A DNA stretch of 64,000 nucleotides. Source: Marinicella sp. (GTDB lineage: Bacteria > Pseudomonadota > Gammaproteobacteria > Xanthomonadales > Marinicellaceae). The stretch lies in assembly GCA_965230295.1 (NCBI GenBank), contig OZ246001.1, positions 2,016,001-2,080,000 of the forward strand, read 5' to 3'. A program made the position numbers and the translations under genes. Within the stretch, counting starts at the first letter, position 1; each line of letters begins with the position of its first letter. A model generated the notes under the pieces. The model ran no database searches and was not told the DNA's origin. It worked only from the letters and a program-made list of their open reading frames with translations. Below are positions 1 to 10,901 of this stretch, in pieces.

Positions 1-1044
1 GTGGCCAACACCATTGCTGATCGCCTGTATAACGATCGCATATCAAAGTACTTTATTGACCAGGACACCGCTGCCATATTGGAACAAGTGGAAAACATCC
101 ACATCATAGCTTGTGGTACTTCATACCATGCCGGCTTGGTGGCCAGGTATTGGTTGGAAGCGATCACCCAAATTCCAACCCAGGTAGAAATCGCCAGTGA
201 ATACCGCTATCGCAAACCAGTGGTTCCTAAAAACACCTTGTTCTTAACCATTTCACAATCTGGAGAAACGGCCGACTCACTGGCAGCGCTGCGTTTTGCC
301 AAGACTGCTGACTATCTGTCCACATTTGCAGTGTGTAATGTGGCCAACTCAAGCCTTGATCGAGAAACGGACGTGTGTTTTTTGACCCATGCAGGCCCTG
401 AAATTGGGGTGGCATCAACCAAAGCGTTAACCACCCAATTAACAGTACTGGCTTTGTTGACATTGAAGTTGGCTGAGATTAAAAACGTTGATGAAGCCGT
501 GCGTAAAAACCTGGCCAAACAACTGATGACTTTGCCAGGTATCATCAACCAATCTTTGCTTTTGAATGACCAAATCAAAGCCATTGCAGAACGCATTGTC
601 AGGCGTGACAATGCCTTGTTTTTAGGTCGAGGCGTGCATTATCCGATTGCTTTGGAAGGGGCTTTGAAGTTGAAAGAAATTTCATACATCCATGCCGAAG
701 GCTATCCAGCAGGTGAGCTCAAACATGGTCCTTTGGCATTGGTCGACGAAAAAATGCCCGTGATCGCGGTCTGTCCGAATGATGAGCTGTTGGAAAAACT
801 GGAATCCAACATTGAGGAAGTGCGAGCCAGGGGGGGGGAATTGTATGCCTTTGTCGATCACAAAAGCCAACATGGCTTACATGACCGGGTCAACCATTTG
901 ATTGAGATGGAAGCCAGTGGTACCTTCACTTCACCCATTGTATTCAATGTGCCGTTACAGTTGTTGTCATATCATGTGGCTGTGTTGCGCGGTACCGATG
1001 TGGACCAACCCAGAAACCTGGCTAAATCTGTAACTGTAGAGTGA
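1..1044 (+). CDS. glmS: Glutamine--fructose-6-phosphate transaminase, C-terminal SIS domains (5' truncated by window edge)
   Basis: [24 protein letters not shown] motifs; canonical C-terminus [13 protein letters not shown]. Confidence 0.98.
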   Translation: MANTIADRLYNDRISKYFIDQDTAAILEQVENIHIIACGTSYHAGLVARYWLEAITQIPTQVEIASEYRYRKPVVPKNTLFLTISQSGETADSLAALRFAKTADYLSTFAVCNVANSSLDRETDVCFLTHAGPEIGVASTKALTTQLTVLALLTLKLAEIKNVDEAVRKNLAKQLMTLPGIINQSLLLNDQIKAIAERIVRRDNALFLGRGVHYPIALEGALKLKEISYIHAEGYPAGELKHGPLALVDEKMPVIAVCPNDELLEKLESNIEEVRARGGELYAFVDHKSQHGLHDRVNHLIEMEASGTFTSPIVFNVPLQLLSYHVAVLRGTDVDQPRNLAKSVTVE

Positions 1045-1080
1045 TTCTGGTCTGGTTAATTCCAACAAAGTTTATTAGGA

Positions 1081-1269
1081 AAGCTGCTGAGCAGCTTGAC
1101 CCGCCGAGCCGGTTGGTGAGCTTTGCGAATCAGAGGCGAAGAGCGCGAGGTAGTATGTCATGTTCGCCTCGGCAGCTACCGCATCCTGCTATCGCTGCAT
1201 ACTTACATCCATGTAAGCAGTCGCTTTCACTTTTGTCTGGAACAAAAGAGAATGAAGCCCCAAGAACAT
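1081..1269 (-). repeat. Modular palindromic repeat element, copy A (short form)
   Basis: Reverse complement is colinear with 14060-14688 (atgttcttggggcttcattct...gacaaaagtgaaa...gatgcggtagctgccgaggcgaa...ctcttcgcctctgatt...gggtcaagctgctcagcagctt) but lacks its insertions. Confidence 0.9.
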
Positions 1270-1300
1270 ACCTTTGTTCCTGATTGCAGTTTGAATCTAT

Positions 1301-2386
1301 TCAAGGTTGCAGGAGGTCATCAAAAGAAAGACTCCATTCTCGGCGTTTAGGGTAGGTTTTTCTGAGTCGATCAAAATAAATGCCAACTGGTATTTTCTGG
1401 TCAGTCAAAAGTTGTTTTAATCGACCATTGTCTTTTGATAGATCGTATGCTCCTAGAATGGAGCGACGGATATCAGCACCTTTGTTGATTACATTAACTG
1501 CATTTGGGTGGGTATTTTCGACAACACAAGCTTCAGACCACTGCGGTTGGGTGTTGAGGAATTGGCAACAGGCTTGATATATCATGTGAGTCCCTCTGAT
1601 TTTTCCATCATAAGAGTATCCCGCAACATGAGGTGTACCAATCAGAGTGTGAGCCAGTAATTCAAGGTTGATGTTCGGTTCATTTTGCCAAACGTCTAAT
1701 ACCAGGTCCAGGTCTTGCTGGTTTTTCTGTCTTGATAGCAAAGCCGCTTCATCAATCACTTCTCCTCGAGCACTGTTGATCAGTAATGTATCAGGCTTGA
1801 TTTGTTGGATCAAACGCTGGTTGATCAGATTCAGGGTGGCATGTTTTCCGGTGTGGGTCAATGGAACATGGAGGCTGATCACATCACAACCCAATGCAGC
1901 CTCTAAGCTTGCAAACCGATCGCTAGGATATTGTTGGGCCAGTGGTGGGTCGTTAACGACTGTTTTCATACCCATTTTTTGACACAGGCCTTCCACTTGA
2001 GTGCCAACCTGCCCACCACCAATGATGCCAATGGACAGCCCTTGAATGGCTTTATCTTTCAACAAAGACCAGTGAGCAACTGCTGACATGACGTATTCAG
2101 CCACAGATGTGGCATTGCTGCCTGGCGCATGGGCGAACCCAATGTCAAGTGCATTCAAATCATCCAGGTTGATGTGATTGATACCGCTGGTGGCCGATGC
2201 CACGAATTGCACCTTCGTTCCTGAAAGCAATGGTCGGTTGACTTTGGTCACTGAACGGACCAGTAACAGCTGACAGTCTATTAAATCGGTTTGTTGGATC
2301 AAACGACCAGGCAAGGTGACGACTTGGCCTATGGTGGAAAAAGCGGCTTGTACAAAGGGGATATTTTCGTCGGCAATTATTTTCAT
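1301..2386 (-). CDS. pdxB: Erythronate-4-phosphate dehydrogenase
   Basis: MKIIADENIP start, LLVRSVTKV, HAPGSNA, SLHVPLT, LDVWQNEP, TPHVAGYS, LRKTYPKRRE. Confidence 0.95.
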   Translation of the reverse strand: MKIIADENIPFVQAAFSTIGQVVTLPGRLIQQTDLIDCQLLLVRSVTKVNRPLLSGTKVQFVASATSGINHINLDDLNALDIGFAHAPGSNATSVAEYVMSAVAHWSLLKDKAIQGLSIGIIGGGQVGTQVEGLCQKMGMKTVVNDPPLAQQYPSDRFASLEAALGCDVISLHVPLTHTGKHATLNLINQRLIQQIKPDTLLINSARGEVIDEAALLSRQKNQQDLDLVLDVWQNEPNINLELLAHTLIGTPHVAGYSYDGKIRGTHMIYQACCQFLNTQPQWSEACVVENTHPNAVNVINKGADIRRSILGAYDLSKDNGRLKQLLTDQKIPVGIYFDRLRKTYPKRREWSLSFDDLLQP

Positions 2387-2592
2387 CTGGTTGGAGATTT
2401 TACCGTTATTTATAGGTTGCAGTTCCTCATTTATTAAGGAATTGCCTTGATGTAACTTCCGTGCTGAGTTACATCACAATGATTGTCAAAGACCGTCAAT
2501 CGCATTCCACAATTGATCAACGGTCTTTGTCAACATTTAACGCCTCAACGCTGAGGACAGGAGTTGATCACAAAGACACCTATTGAATTGAT

Positions 2593-4200
2593 TCAGCTTG
2601 AATTGCTGTTGTTGGTAGACAACGCGTCTTCCCGATAGTGACAGCCGACACTGGTTTTGTTTGACCAGGCTGCTAAGGTAACTATGATGGCTGTTCGGAC
2701 GGAATTTCTTAACCCAATCAAGTCATCCGAAACCCGGTTGTTGCGGTAAAATTGTTCAATTTCAGTTTCCAGGTTTCTAAGCTCGCGCAGCGCTCGAATC
2801 AAGCGTTCTGGAGAACGACTCACACCCACATAATTCCACATGATTGATTGGATTCTTTGTACATCATGTTGAATCAATATTTCGTCAGCAAAGTTGTCGG
2901 TTTTGGCTTGCCAAGCGGGTATGCTTGATGCATTAAAAATTTCGATTTTTGGGGTTTCAGACTGGATCCGGTGAGCGGCCTCGGTACCGGCAACCAGGCC
3001 CTCAAGCAAAGAGGTGCTGGCCAATCGATTGGCACCATGTAAACCCGTACAGGCCACTTCACCAATGGCATACAATTGCTCAATGTCAGTGCCTCCGGTT
3101 TGATCGACCCAAATGCCGCCACAGGAATAATGGGCCGCTGGTGTGACCGGGATCAGTTGTTTGGTGATGTCTACATCATGTTGCAAACAAAAGTCATGAA
3201 TATTGGGGAAGCGTTCAATCATTTCCTCAGCACTCATGTGAGATTTCAGGTCAAGGTAGACACAAGGAGACTCGGTGATGGTCATTTCATTGAAGATGCT
3301 CCTGGACACCACATCCCTAGGTGCCAGATCTCCCCATTTGGGTGCATACTTTTCCATAAATGGCCGGCCTTTGGCATCCACCAATTTAGCCCCAGCGCCT
3401 CTAACGGCTTCCGATATCAGAAAATTGGGCGCGCCCTTTTTATAAAAGGTGGTGGGATGGAACTGGATGAATTCGGTGTTGATGATGCGCGCGCCAGCAC
3501 GATTGGCCATGGCAATGCCATCACCCCTTGAACCTTTGGGGTTGCTGGTGTGTTGGAATATTTGTCCAAGCCCACCACTGGCCAAGATCGTGAATTTTGC
3601 AATGAAACGATTGACTTGTTTGGCTTGGTTGTCAAACACATAAGCACCCACACAGCTTTTTTTCTTGTAAACCTGTAGTTTATCGGTGCTGTGGTGATCT
3701 GGGGTGATCAGATCAATGGCGGTGTGATCTGTTAACACCGTGATGTATGGGTTGTTATTGGCAGCCTCGTTCAAAGCGTCTTGGATGGCTTTACCGGTGG
3801 CGTCTTTGGCATGAATGATGCGTGCTGTTGAGTGCGCGGCTTCTTTGCAGGTGGCCAGTTGTTGACTGGAATCCAGGTCAAAAGGCACTTTGAGTTGATC
3901 AAGCAACAATGATTTCAGGATCTCAGGACCTTTGCTGGCCAACCTGTCAACCACTTCGGGTTGGCAGAATCCTGCACCTGCGGCCTTGATGTCTGCTGCC
4001 AACAGTTCAGCTGAGTCTTCTTCACCACGATAAATGATGCCACCCTGTGCCCAGCGGGTGTTGCAATCGCTGACATGGTGACTGCGGGTGATGACGGTTG
4101 ATGAAATCTGCTGGTTGGCCAATTCGATGGCAGCACACAAGCCAGCGATGCCACTGCCTATGATAAGAACTTCAGTTTGGTGCAAGTCCTTTGCCATCAA
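2593..4200 (-). CDS. nadB: L-aspartate oxidase
   Basis: IIGSGIAGL FAD motif, WAQGGI, QFHPT, LISEAVRG, LAPRDVVSR, HGANRLASTSLLEG; adjacent to nadA. Confidence 0.95.
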   Translation of the reverse strand: MMAKDLHQTEVLIIGSGIAGLCAAIELANQQISSTVITRSHHVSDCNTRWAQGGIIYRGEEDSAELLAADIKAAGAGFCQPEVVDRLASKGPEILKSLLLDQLKVPFDLDSSQQLATCKEAAHSTARIIHAKDATGKAIQDALNEAANNNPYITVLTDHTAIDLITPDHHSTDKLQVYKKKSCVGAYVFDNQAKQVNRFIAKFTILASGGLGQIFQHTSNPKGSRGDGIAMANRAGARIINTEFIQFHPTTFYKKGAPNFLISEAVRGAGAKLVDAKGRPFMEKYAPKWGDLAPRDVVSRSIFNEMTITESPCVYLDLKSHMSAEEMIERFPNIHDFCLQHDVDITKQLIPVTPAAHYSCGGIWVDQTGGTDIEQLYAIGEVACTGLHGANRLASTSLLEGLVAGTEAAHRIQSETPKIEIFNASSIPAWQAKTDNFADEILIQHDVQRIQSIMWNYVGVSRSPERLIRALRELRNLETEIEQFYRNNRVSDDLIGLRNSVRTAIIVTLAAWSNKTSVGCHYREDALSTNNSNSS

Positions 4201-5235
4201 TCAACCAATTTTCAACATGCGATCAACAGAGTCAAATGCCCTTTGGCGAATGTCTTCAGGGATGGTGATTTCATACTGGTTAAACTGCAACGCATTGTAA
4301 GTGTCTTTCAGTTGGATTTGGTTCATATGGGGACATCGAACACTGCACATCCGCAGCATTTCACGGTTGGGGTTTTCAGCGTGGATGTTGTCTCCCATGG
4401 CACATTCAGTTAACAACAGGTATTTTTGTAAATGGTTGTTTTGGATGTATTTGATCATTTCGGTGGTGCTACCTGAATAGTCTGAAGCTTCAACCACTTC
4501 TGGCTTACATTCAGGGTGGGACAATACTTTGACATCCGGGTGCACAGACCTGACATTTTCGATGTCTTCAACTGTAAATTGGTCATGGACTTCACAACGC
4601 CCATTCCAGCCAATCATCTGCACATCAACATCATGGTCTGTGCTGTAGGTTTTGTTTTTGCTTGGCAATATGATGTGTTTGCCGGTTTCTCTGGCAATGT
4701 TGCCAGCCAAATATTCATCGGGCAGGAAAATCACGGTGTCAGAGTTTAATGATTCAACCACTTGTTTGGCATTTCCGGATGTACAACAGATGTCGGTTTC
4801 GGCTTTCACATCTGCATAAGTGTTGATGTAAGTGACCACCGGAACCCCGGGAAATTGCTGTTTGATGTTCCTGACATCTTCGGCTGTGATGGATGAAGCC
4901 AGTGAACAACCCGCTTGATCGGAAGGGACGAGAACAGTTTTTTCCGGATTGAGTATTTTGGCCGTTTCAGCCATGAACTCAACACCACAAAAGACGATGA
5001 TGTCTTTATCCGTTTGTGCGGCTTTGCGAGACAGTTCTAGAGAATCGCCAGTGAAATCAGGCACCGTATGGAACAAAGCAGGTTCCATGTAGTTATGTCC
5101 TAATATGACGGCATTTTTTTCAGTTTTTAACTGAATGATTTTTTCGGCCATTTCTGCCTTTAACAACAGCTCGGGTTCGGAATATTGGTCAGATAATTTA
5201 TGGTCTAACTTTTGAAACAGTTGATCTGCATTCAT
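4201..5235 (-). CDS. nadA: Quinolinate synthase
   Basis: GHNY, GDSLEL, CGVEFMAETAKILNP, AGCSLA, CEVH, HPEC, CPHM (three Fe-S cysteines). Confidence 0.97.
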   Translation of the reverse strand: MNADQLFQKLDHKLSDQYSEPELLLKAEMAEKIIQLKTEKNAVILGHNYMEPALFHTVPDFTGDSLELSRKAAQTDKDIIVFCGVEFMAETAKILNPEKTVLVPSDQAGCSLASSITAEDVRNIKQQFPGVPVVTYINTYADVKAETDICCTSGNAKQVVESLNSDTVIFLPDEYLAGNIARETGKHIILPSKNKTYSTDHDVDVQMIGWNGRCEVHDQFTVEDIENVRSVHPDVKVLSHPECKPEVVEASDYSGSTTEMIKYIQNNHLQKYLLLTECAMGDNIHAENPNREMLRMCSVRCPHMNQIQLKDTYNALQFNQYEITIPEDIRQRAFDSVDRMLKIG

Positions 5236-5735
5236 GGGTCGATCTCATGCACAACACCCAAAGGTGCTGGTTTATAAATATCCTGGTCAGTGTGTGTTCA
5301 CACCTTTGGAATTCCAGGCTGCATATTCTACTGCAGCTCGATCAAAGATACAGCCAAATAAGTCCTGATATTGAGTTTAGTTCTTAGCTTCAATGTTACT
5401 CACCTTAAGATGAAAATTTCTATTTTGAAATTATGGATGCCATGAAAAACAACAGTCAAAATTACCTTTATTTTGTTGATTGTTTTCAACTTGTCACTGT
5501 TGTAACATTCCATTAACACGTCTGTGATATTAATCACTGATGTAGACCAATCCTGGAATCAGGCAAAACCAATCTCTCACTGAAGAATTTTTTTAGCTTT
5601 ATTATTCAATTTGTAAAGATCAATAATAATTGTGCTTAATTATTACTTAGGTAAATTTTTAGGGAATATTTAGCAAGGTTTTCTGGCATTTTACGAGTAG
5701 ACAAGTTAGATCATAGAATTAGGGAACATTTAATC

Positions 5736-8372
5736 ATGAGCAAGAATCAATTAAGTAAAGAAGAATGGGCGTTGATAAAAACTTGGTTCAATGAATTGAT
5801 CAATGAACCCAGTGAACAGTTGGAGACATTGATTTCTGTTAAAACAAGTGATCACAGGTTGCAACAGGCTTTGTCTGGTATGCTTCAGGTTCACCATTCG
5901 TCCAGTGATCAAACCATCACCCCGAAACAATCGCCAGCTGCTTCATTGATAAACCAATTCCAAATGAAGTCTGGGGACCACTTTGCCAAGTATCAAATCA
6001 TAAAGACATTGGGCTCTGGAGGGATGGGAGAAGTTTATTTAGCCGAGCGCAATGATCAAGTGACTCAAAAAGTGGCCTTAAAAATCTTGGCAAAAAACTG
6101 CTTCGATCAACAAACACAAGCGCGTTTTGACACTGAAAGGAGAATACTGGCCAGCTTAGAGCATCCGAACATTGCGCGATTGATTGATGCAGATACAGAA
6201 TCAGGTAGTCCATATTATGCCATGGAGTTTATCGATGGAGTAGAGGTAGATAAATACTGTCAAGCCAATCAATTAGATCTTTTTTCCAGATTGAATTTGT
6301 TTTTACAAATTTGTGATGCGGTCAGTCATGCACATAAAAATCTGATAGTTCACAGAGACCTCAAACCTTCAAACATATTAGTCAATGATGAAGGGGAAGT
6401 GAAGTTACTTGATTTTGGTATTGCCAAACCCTTAAAAATCTTGCCAGGTACCAATGAAGTGTACCAGACTGTTGTTGGATCGACTGCTTTAACACCACAA
6501 TATGCGGCTCCTGAACAGGTCAATGGTGAAGCGATCACTGTTTCCTGTGATATCTATGTTATGGGTTTGTTGTTGTACAAATTGGTCACTGATCAAGATG
6601 CCTTTGATCTGGCTGATAAAACCTGGGGCGAAATTGAAATGATCATCAATCAAGACTTGCCTACATTACCCAGTCGACAGATTAAAAACAATGAATTTAA
6701 TTTGGTTTCAACATGGCAGAAAAAAGTCAAAGGTGACGTGGATGCCATCATCAGTCATGCTTTAAAAAAACACCCCAGTGAACGCTACGAGACGGTCCGA
6801 CAATTTCGTGATGACATTGAACGTTTTATCAGACATGAACCGATAGAAATCAAAAGAAATCAGGGTTGGTATCGGTTCAAAAAACAATTACGGCAAAACT
6901 GGTTTCCAGTCAGTGCCTTCACCATACTGTTTATGGTTTTATTGGTGGCATCAATTTTAATTTGGCAACAATCTCAAGAGATTGCAACAGAGCGAGATGT
7001 GGCATTAACTGAAAAGCAAACCGCAGAAGAGGTGACTGAATTTTTAGTGGATACATTCAAATCGGCCGATCCAACCCAAACCAAAGGCAATGAATTGTCA
7101 GCAGGTGAAATCTTGGATCAAGCCGTGCTTGAGCTGAACAACCAGAGCCTCAGCCAAGAGATCAAAAATCGATTAAGGATCATCATCGCCGAAGTATATT
7201 TCAATTTAGGTAACTTGCAAGACGCACAACTTTTGTTGGATGAAGTAAAAAATTTGAGTAATCAACAATTGAGTAATAAATTGCTGTTTGTTCAATCAGA
7301 CATACTGTTGAATGAAAGGGGTGATGAAAATGCCTCAACAGTCAGTGAGATGATGCAATCTTTGATCGATCAAAAGATTGAAAATAACACAGATCAAATC
7401 AACGCTTATTATAGGCTGGCAAGGTCTTATAACGCTTTGGACAAGTTTCATGAGTCTAAGGATTTAATCAGCAAATTGATTTCAACTTCTGAAGAGGCTT
7501 TTGGAGCGAGTTCTCTGGAGCATTCAAAATGGTTGGCCAAAATTGCCAACTTAAACACATTTATTGAAGATGCTGATTCAGTAAAGGAGCTGTTACTACA
7601 AGCAGCAAACATTCAAGAGGAATTGTTAGGTTCTAATCACCTCATTTTGGGAGACACCAAAAAGAAAATTGCAGAGCTTTATGCTTTTACTATTTATGAT
7701 TCTGAGCAAGCGCTCAAGTATGGTCTTGAAGCCTATGAGATTTATTTGTCTGTTTATGGTGAGGCATTCCCACACAGGGTTTCATTGGAAAACACCATTG
7801 CCTCTGGATATGCAGGCATCAATGACTTTCAGAATGCAGCAAACCACTATGAAATTGGGATTGACATGGAAAAAAAACACTTCGGCAATAACCAAAAGAA
7901 GTTAGCCATACTGGGATATAACTTGGCAAATGTATACCTTTACAATCTGAAAGATCATAAGCGAGCCATTGAAAGGTATGAGGAAGTATTACCCATCATT
8001 GAGGAATCCCATGGCAGAGACAGTCAGCGTTTTAAATTCATGGGACTGAATTATGCCAGGGCTTTGACTATTGACAAACAGTTTGAATCAGCAAAAAAGA
8101 TATTAGATGAAACCCATGAGTTCTATACAGTAGAAAAGAAAAACAGTTATGGAGAAAAAGGGTACACTATAGGCAGAACCAAGTCATATATGGGATTTTG
8201 GCATATGCAACAAAATCAATGGTGTGAGTCAAAAAAATGGTTGACAGAATCATTGTTTCATCTTGAAGTGGCGGGATTAGAAAATGATCAATACAAAGAT
8301 GCCGTGGCTAATCTAAGTCATGTAGATGAAATGATTGGGTCTTCTGAATGCTCATCCAGTGATCAAAGTTAA
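5736..8372 (+). CDS. Hanks-type Ser/Thr protein kinase with one TM helix and a TPR-like C-terminal domain
   Basis: GSGGMGEVY, VALK, HRDLKPSN, DFGIAK, TPQYAAPEQ; hydrophobic segment near aa 390-410; helical repeats after it. Confidence 0.93.
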   Translation: MSKNQLSKEEWALIKTWFNELINEPSEQLETLISVKTSDHRLQQALSGMLQVHHSSSDQTITPKQSPAASLINQFQMKSGDHFAKYQIIKTLGSGGMGEVYLAERNDQVTQKVALKILAKNCFDQQTQARFDTERRILASLEHPNIARLIDADTESGSPYYAMEFIDGVEVDKYCQANQLDLFSRLNLFLQICDAVSHAHKNLIVHRDLKPSNILVNDEGEVKLLDFGIAKPLKILPGTNEVYQTVVGSTALTPQYAAPEQVNGEAITVSCDIYVMGLLLYKLVTDQDAFDLADKTWGEIEMIINQDLPTLPSRQIKNNEFNLVSTWQKKVKGDVDAIISHALKKHPSERYETVRQFRDDIERFIRHEPIEIKRNQGWYRFKKQLRQNWFPVSAFTILFMVLLVASILIWQQSQEIATERDVALTEKQTAEEVTEFLVDTFKSADPTQTKGNELSAGEILDQAVLELNNQSLSQEIKNRLRIIIAEVYFNLGNLQDAQLLLDEVKNLSNQQLSNKLLFVQSDILLNERGDENASTVSEMMQSLIDQKIENNTDQINAYYRLARSYNALDKFHESKDLISKLISTSEEAFGASSLEHSKWLAKIANLNTFIEDADSVKELLLQAANIQEELLGSNHLILGDTKKKIAELYAFTIYDSEQALKYGLEAYEIYLSVYGEAFPHRVSLENTIASGYAGINDFQNAANHYEIGIDMEKKHFGNNQKKLAILGYNLANVYLYNLKDHKRAIERYEEVLPIIEESHGRDSQRFKFMGLNYARALTIDKQFESAKKILDETHEFYTVEKKNSYGEKGYTIGRTKSYMGFWHMQQNQWCESKKWLTESLFHLEVAGLENDQYKDAVANLSHVDEMIGSSECSSSDQS

Positions 8373-8458
8373 CATCAGAATATATTGTTAAAGTACAGAT
8401 ATATATCCTGTCGTATAATAAGTGGTTGACTGTAGCCAAAATCATTCACGACAAAGCC

Positions 8459-8821
8459 ATGAAATTACAATCCCTGAAATTACAAATCAAGACACACTTG
8501 TATGAAAAGACGGTTCAATACTACCAACAGGTGCTGCAGGCTGAAATCACGGAAACGTGGCAGAATGAAAATGACCGTGGCACCATTTTGGGTTTTCAGA
8601 CCATGAACCAGCGGGTCTATTTAGAAATTTATGAATCCGGTAAAATTCATCATTACGATGCCATCAGTCTTCAGTTTCGTGTGCCTTCATTGGCCGACTA
8701 CATGTTGCAATTACCGGCCCAATATTTGACTGCCAGGCCGATTAAACGTGCTTGGGGATCCACCTATTTACATTTAACCGATCCCAACGGAGCCCGGGTA
8801 ACCATATACCAACAGGAATGA
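8459..8821 (+). CDS. VOC/glyoxalase family protein
   Basis: About 120 aa; YYQQVL near the N-terminus, WGSTYLHLTDPNGARVTIY at the C-terminus. Confidence 0.8.
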   Translation: MKLQSLKLQIKTHLYEKTVQYYQQVLQAEITETWQNENDRGTILGFQTMNQRVYLEIYESGKIHHYDAISLQFRVPSLADYMLQLPAQYLTARPIKRAWGSTYLHLTDPNGARVTIYQQE

Positions 8822-9032
8822 CAGGGCCCTGATGAATTGTTGCTGGGTTCAGCAACTATGGAACCAACCACCAATTTTGCTGTGATGTACGAATTCAAAT
8901 CGGTAAACTAATGTACCTGTGAAGAAACAATCAATTGATGATGAAATGATGATAAATGGCCTTCCACTTCCCCAAACCTACATCCGTTATGTGCACCAAA
9001 AGCGACCGCCTTATGGTCAGTGAAACTCAGTA

Positions 9033-10901
9033 TTGATGAGTGGGCAACCCGTAAAATCCACCCCCTTCAACTGGCTTGCAGTGGCCAGTTTGTTGCTCAT
9101 CACCATCCTGTATGCGCTGTATTTTACCCAGTCTGTCATTATGGTAGATACCGCCAGAGATTTGTTCAAAGCCGGTGAAATCACCCAAGGGGGTCAATGG
9201 CCTATGTTGGGTCCTGACATCGGTGGTTTTTTTCACACCGGCCCATTGTGGTTTTACTTTTTGGCCATTCCGGCATTGTCTGGTTCTCTGGTGTTTGTGG
9301 CATTTTGGGTCGGCATTTTTGCTGGCTTGAAATTTGTTTTGGCCTATCAGCTTGGGTCTGCCCTCATCAGTAAAAACTTTGGACTGATGTGGGCCTTTAT
9401 GTTGTTGCTTCCCGGGTGGCATGTGATCAATCAACTGTCCATCAGTCACATCAATTTAGTTGAAACCCTGGCTTTATTTTTACTGTTGATGTTGTATCGT
9501 TTTTCCCGGACAGGTTTGTCTAAATATTGGATGTTGTCTGCATTGGCTATGGGCGTTGGTTTTCATGCTCACCCCAGTTTTTTGGTGTTGGCGGTGTTTT
9601 TCTTACCTGCAATGAAACAACAAAGAAAGCATTTGAGCCTGAAGTCATTGGTATTGGCTTCGGCTTTGTTTTTGTTGCCATTGTTGCCATTCATTATTGA
9701 CCAATTGATTCATGGGTTTCCTGATTATGATCGATGGGTGGCGCGGAATGAAGGCAGTGATCAGATTCGAGCAACAGGAAAAGCCGTATCGGATGTTTCA
9801 TGGTGGCAACACTACATCAAAAATCTGTTTGCCATTTTGGTTGAGGGCCCTGCGCGCATCTTGGAATTTGTTCATACACACGTTCCCAATCTTGGCCTAT
9901 ACATGAAATATTTTTATTTCACAGTGATGCTGACCATCGGCTTTGGCTGCTTGATGATGTTTAAGTCACCAAAGCTGCGAAAGTGGTTTTTAATGACATT
10001 TTTGGGTTTGATGTTGATCCTGTTGTTGGTCACATTGATGCGTTCATTCACCCCATTTTATATGCTGCTCACACTCACTCCGATTTTATCGGGTCTTTTT
10101 GCATTGGCTGCCTACGCATTGCTAAAGGATTTCACTGCGGGCAGATTGGCATGCATGTTTTTGTTGTTTTGTTTGGGCTTTATTCCGTACTTTGCTTTCC
10201 ACAAAGCCGCCAAACACCACCAAATCAATTTAGGCCCTGTGATGAACATCACCCAAGAACTGCCGGATAACTGGATGGACAGCCCGGAAACACTGGACGC
10301 CATGACTGTGCTAGAAAGCAAAAAGCTGTCAGCATTTTTTTGTGACAAGACCACGGTAGTCAACGGTCCTTTTATACCGGTGCTTGATTTTACCAGCGGT
10401 GCAACTTTACAGTTTTATTGTGCTGCTTCTCAGGTTCATTTGGGAGGCACCCATAACAACCCCGATCAAGTGTTGTTTCTGATGCATAAATCATTTTGGG
10501 ATGCGATAGATAGGCCTCCTGATCAGTGGCTTTCTCCTTCCTGGGGTTTGTCCCAATCCCACCAAAACCATGCGCCAGATATGAACTTCAGTTTACAGCC
10601 ATTTGATGATTATGTGCACCCACCCAGGTCAAACACCCAGTTGGGCCCAAAGCAAGAAAAAGAGGTGGTCATCAACACCCAAAATGCCCCCTATCTGATT
10701 GTCAGCAATACCCTGCCTGCCAACATGAGGTTTGCAGTTTCAAACATCACAGCCAATGGTCTGCCTGTAACGCTTGTGGTGGTTAATGCCGCCAATCGCA
10801 TGTATCATTGTCAGTCATGTAACCAACAAAAAGTCAGCTGGCAGTTTACCTTGACCGCCAATGACTTTTCAGCCATAGATATCAACACGTTGCCGCAATG
10901 A
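9033..10901 (+). CDS. Polytopic GT-C-fold glycosyltransferase (ArnT/GT39-like)
   Basis: Many TM helices; first periplasmic loop DTARD...WPMLGP...HTGPLWFY; soluble C-terminal domain. Confidence 0.7.
   Translation: MMSGQPVKSTPFNWLAVASLLLITILYALYFTQSVIMVDTARDLFKAGEITQGGQWPMLGPDIGGFFHTGPLWFYFLAIPALSGSLVFVAFWVGIFAGLKFVLAYQLGSALISKNFGLMWAFMLLLPGWHVINQLSISHINLVETLALFLLLMLYRFSRTGLSKYWMLSALAMGVGFHAHPSFLVLAVFFLPAMKQQRKHLSLKSLVLASALFLLPLLPFIIDQLIHGFPDYDRWVARNEGSDQIRATGKAVSDVSWWQHYIKNLFAILVEGPARILEFVHTHVPNLGLYMKYFYFTVMLTIGFGCLMMFKSPKLRKWFLMTFLGLMLILLLVTLMRSFTPFYMLLTLTPILSGLFALAAYALLKDFTAGRLACMFLLFCLGFIPYFAFHKAAKHHQINLGPVMNITQELPDNWMDSPETLDAMTVLESKKLSAFFCDKTTVVNGPFIPVLDFTSGATLQFYCAASQVHLGGTHNNPDQVLFLMHKSFWDAIDRPPDQWLSPSWGLSQSHQNHAPDMNFSLQPFDDYVHPPRSNTQLGPKQEKEVVINTQNAPYLIVSNTLPANMRFAVSNITANGLPVTLVVVNAANRMYHCQSCNQQKVSWQFTLTANDFSAIDINTLPQ

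Noticed and set aside
1041-1300. Tn7 insertion at attTn7 downstream of glmS
   Set aside because: No tns genes or Tn7 ends; pdxB follows directly and only repeat copy A occupies the gap.
1041-1350. ORFs 1041-1283 and 1123-1350, and similarly 13998-14372
   Set aside because: They are translations of the non-coding repeat (both copies give PAIAAYLHPCKQS), not credible genes.
8829-8866. Hammerhead-like CTGATGA followed by a stem
   Set aside because: The required GAAA after stem II is absent (ggaac) and stems I and III are not evident; the region reads better as a gene-end remnant (QGPDELLLGSATMEPTTNFAVMYEFKSVN).
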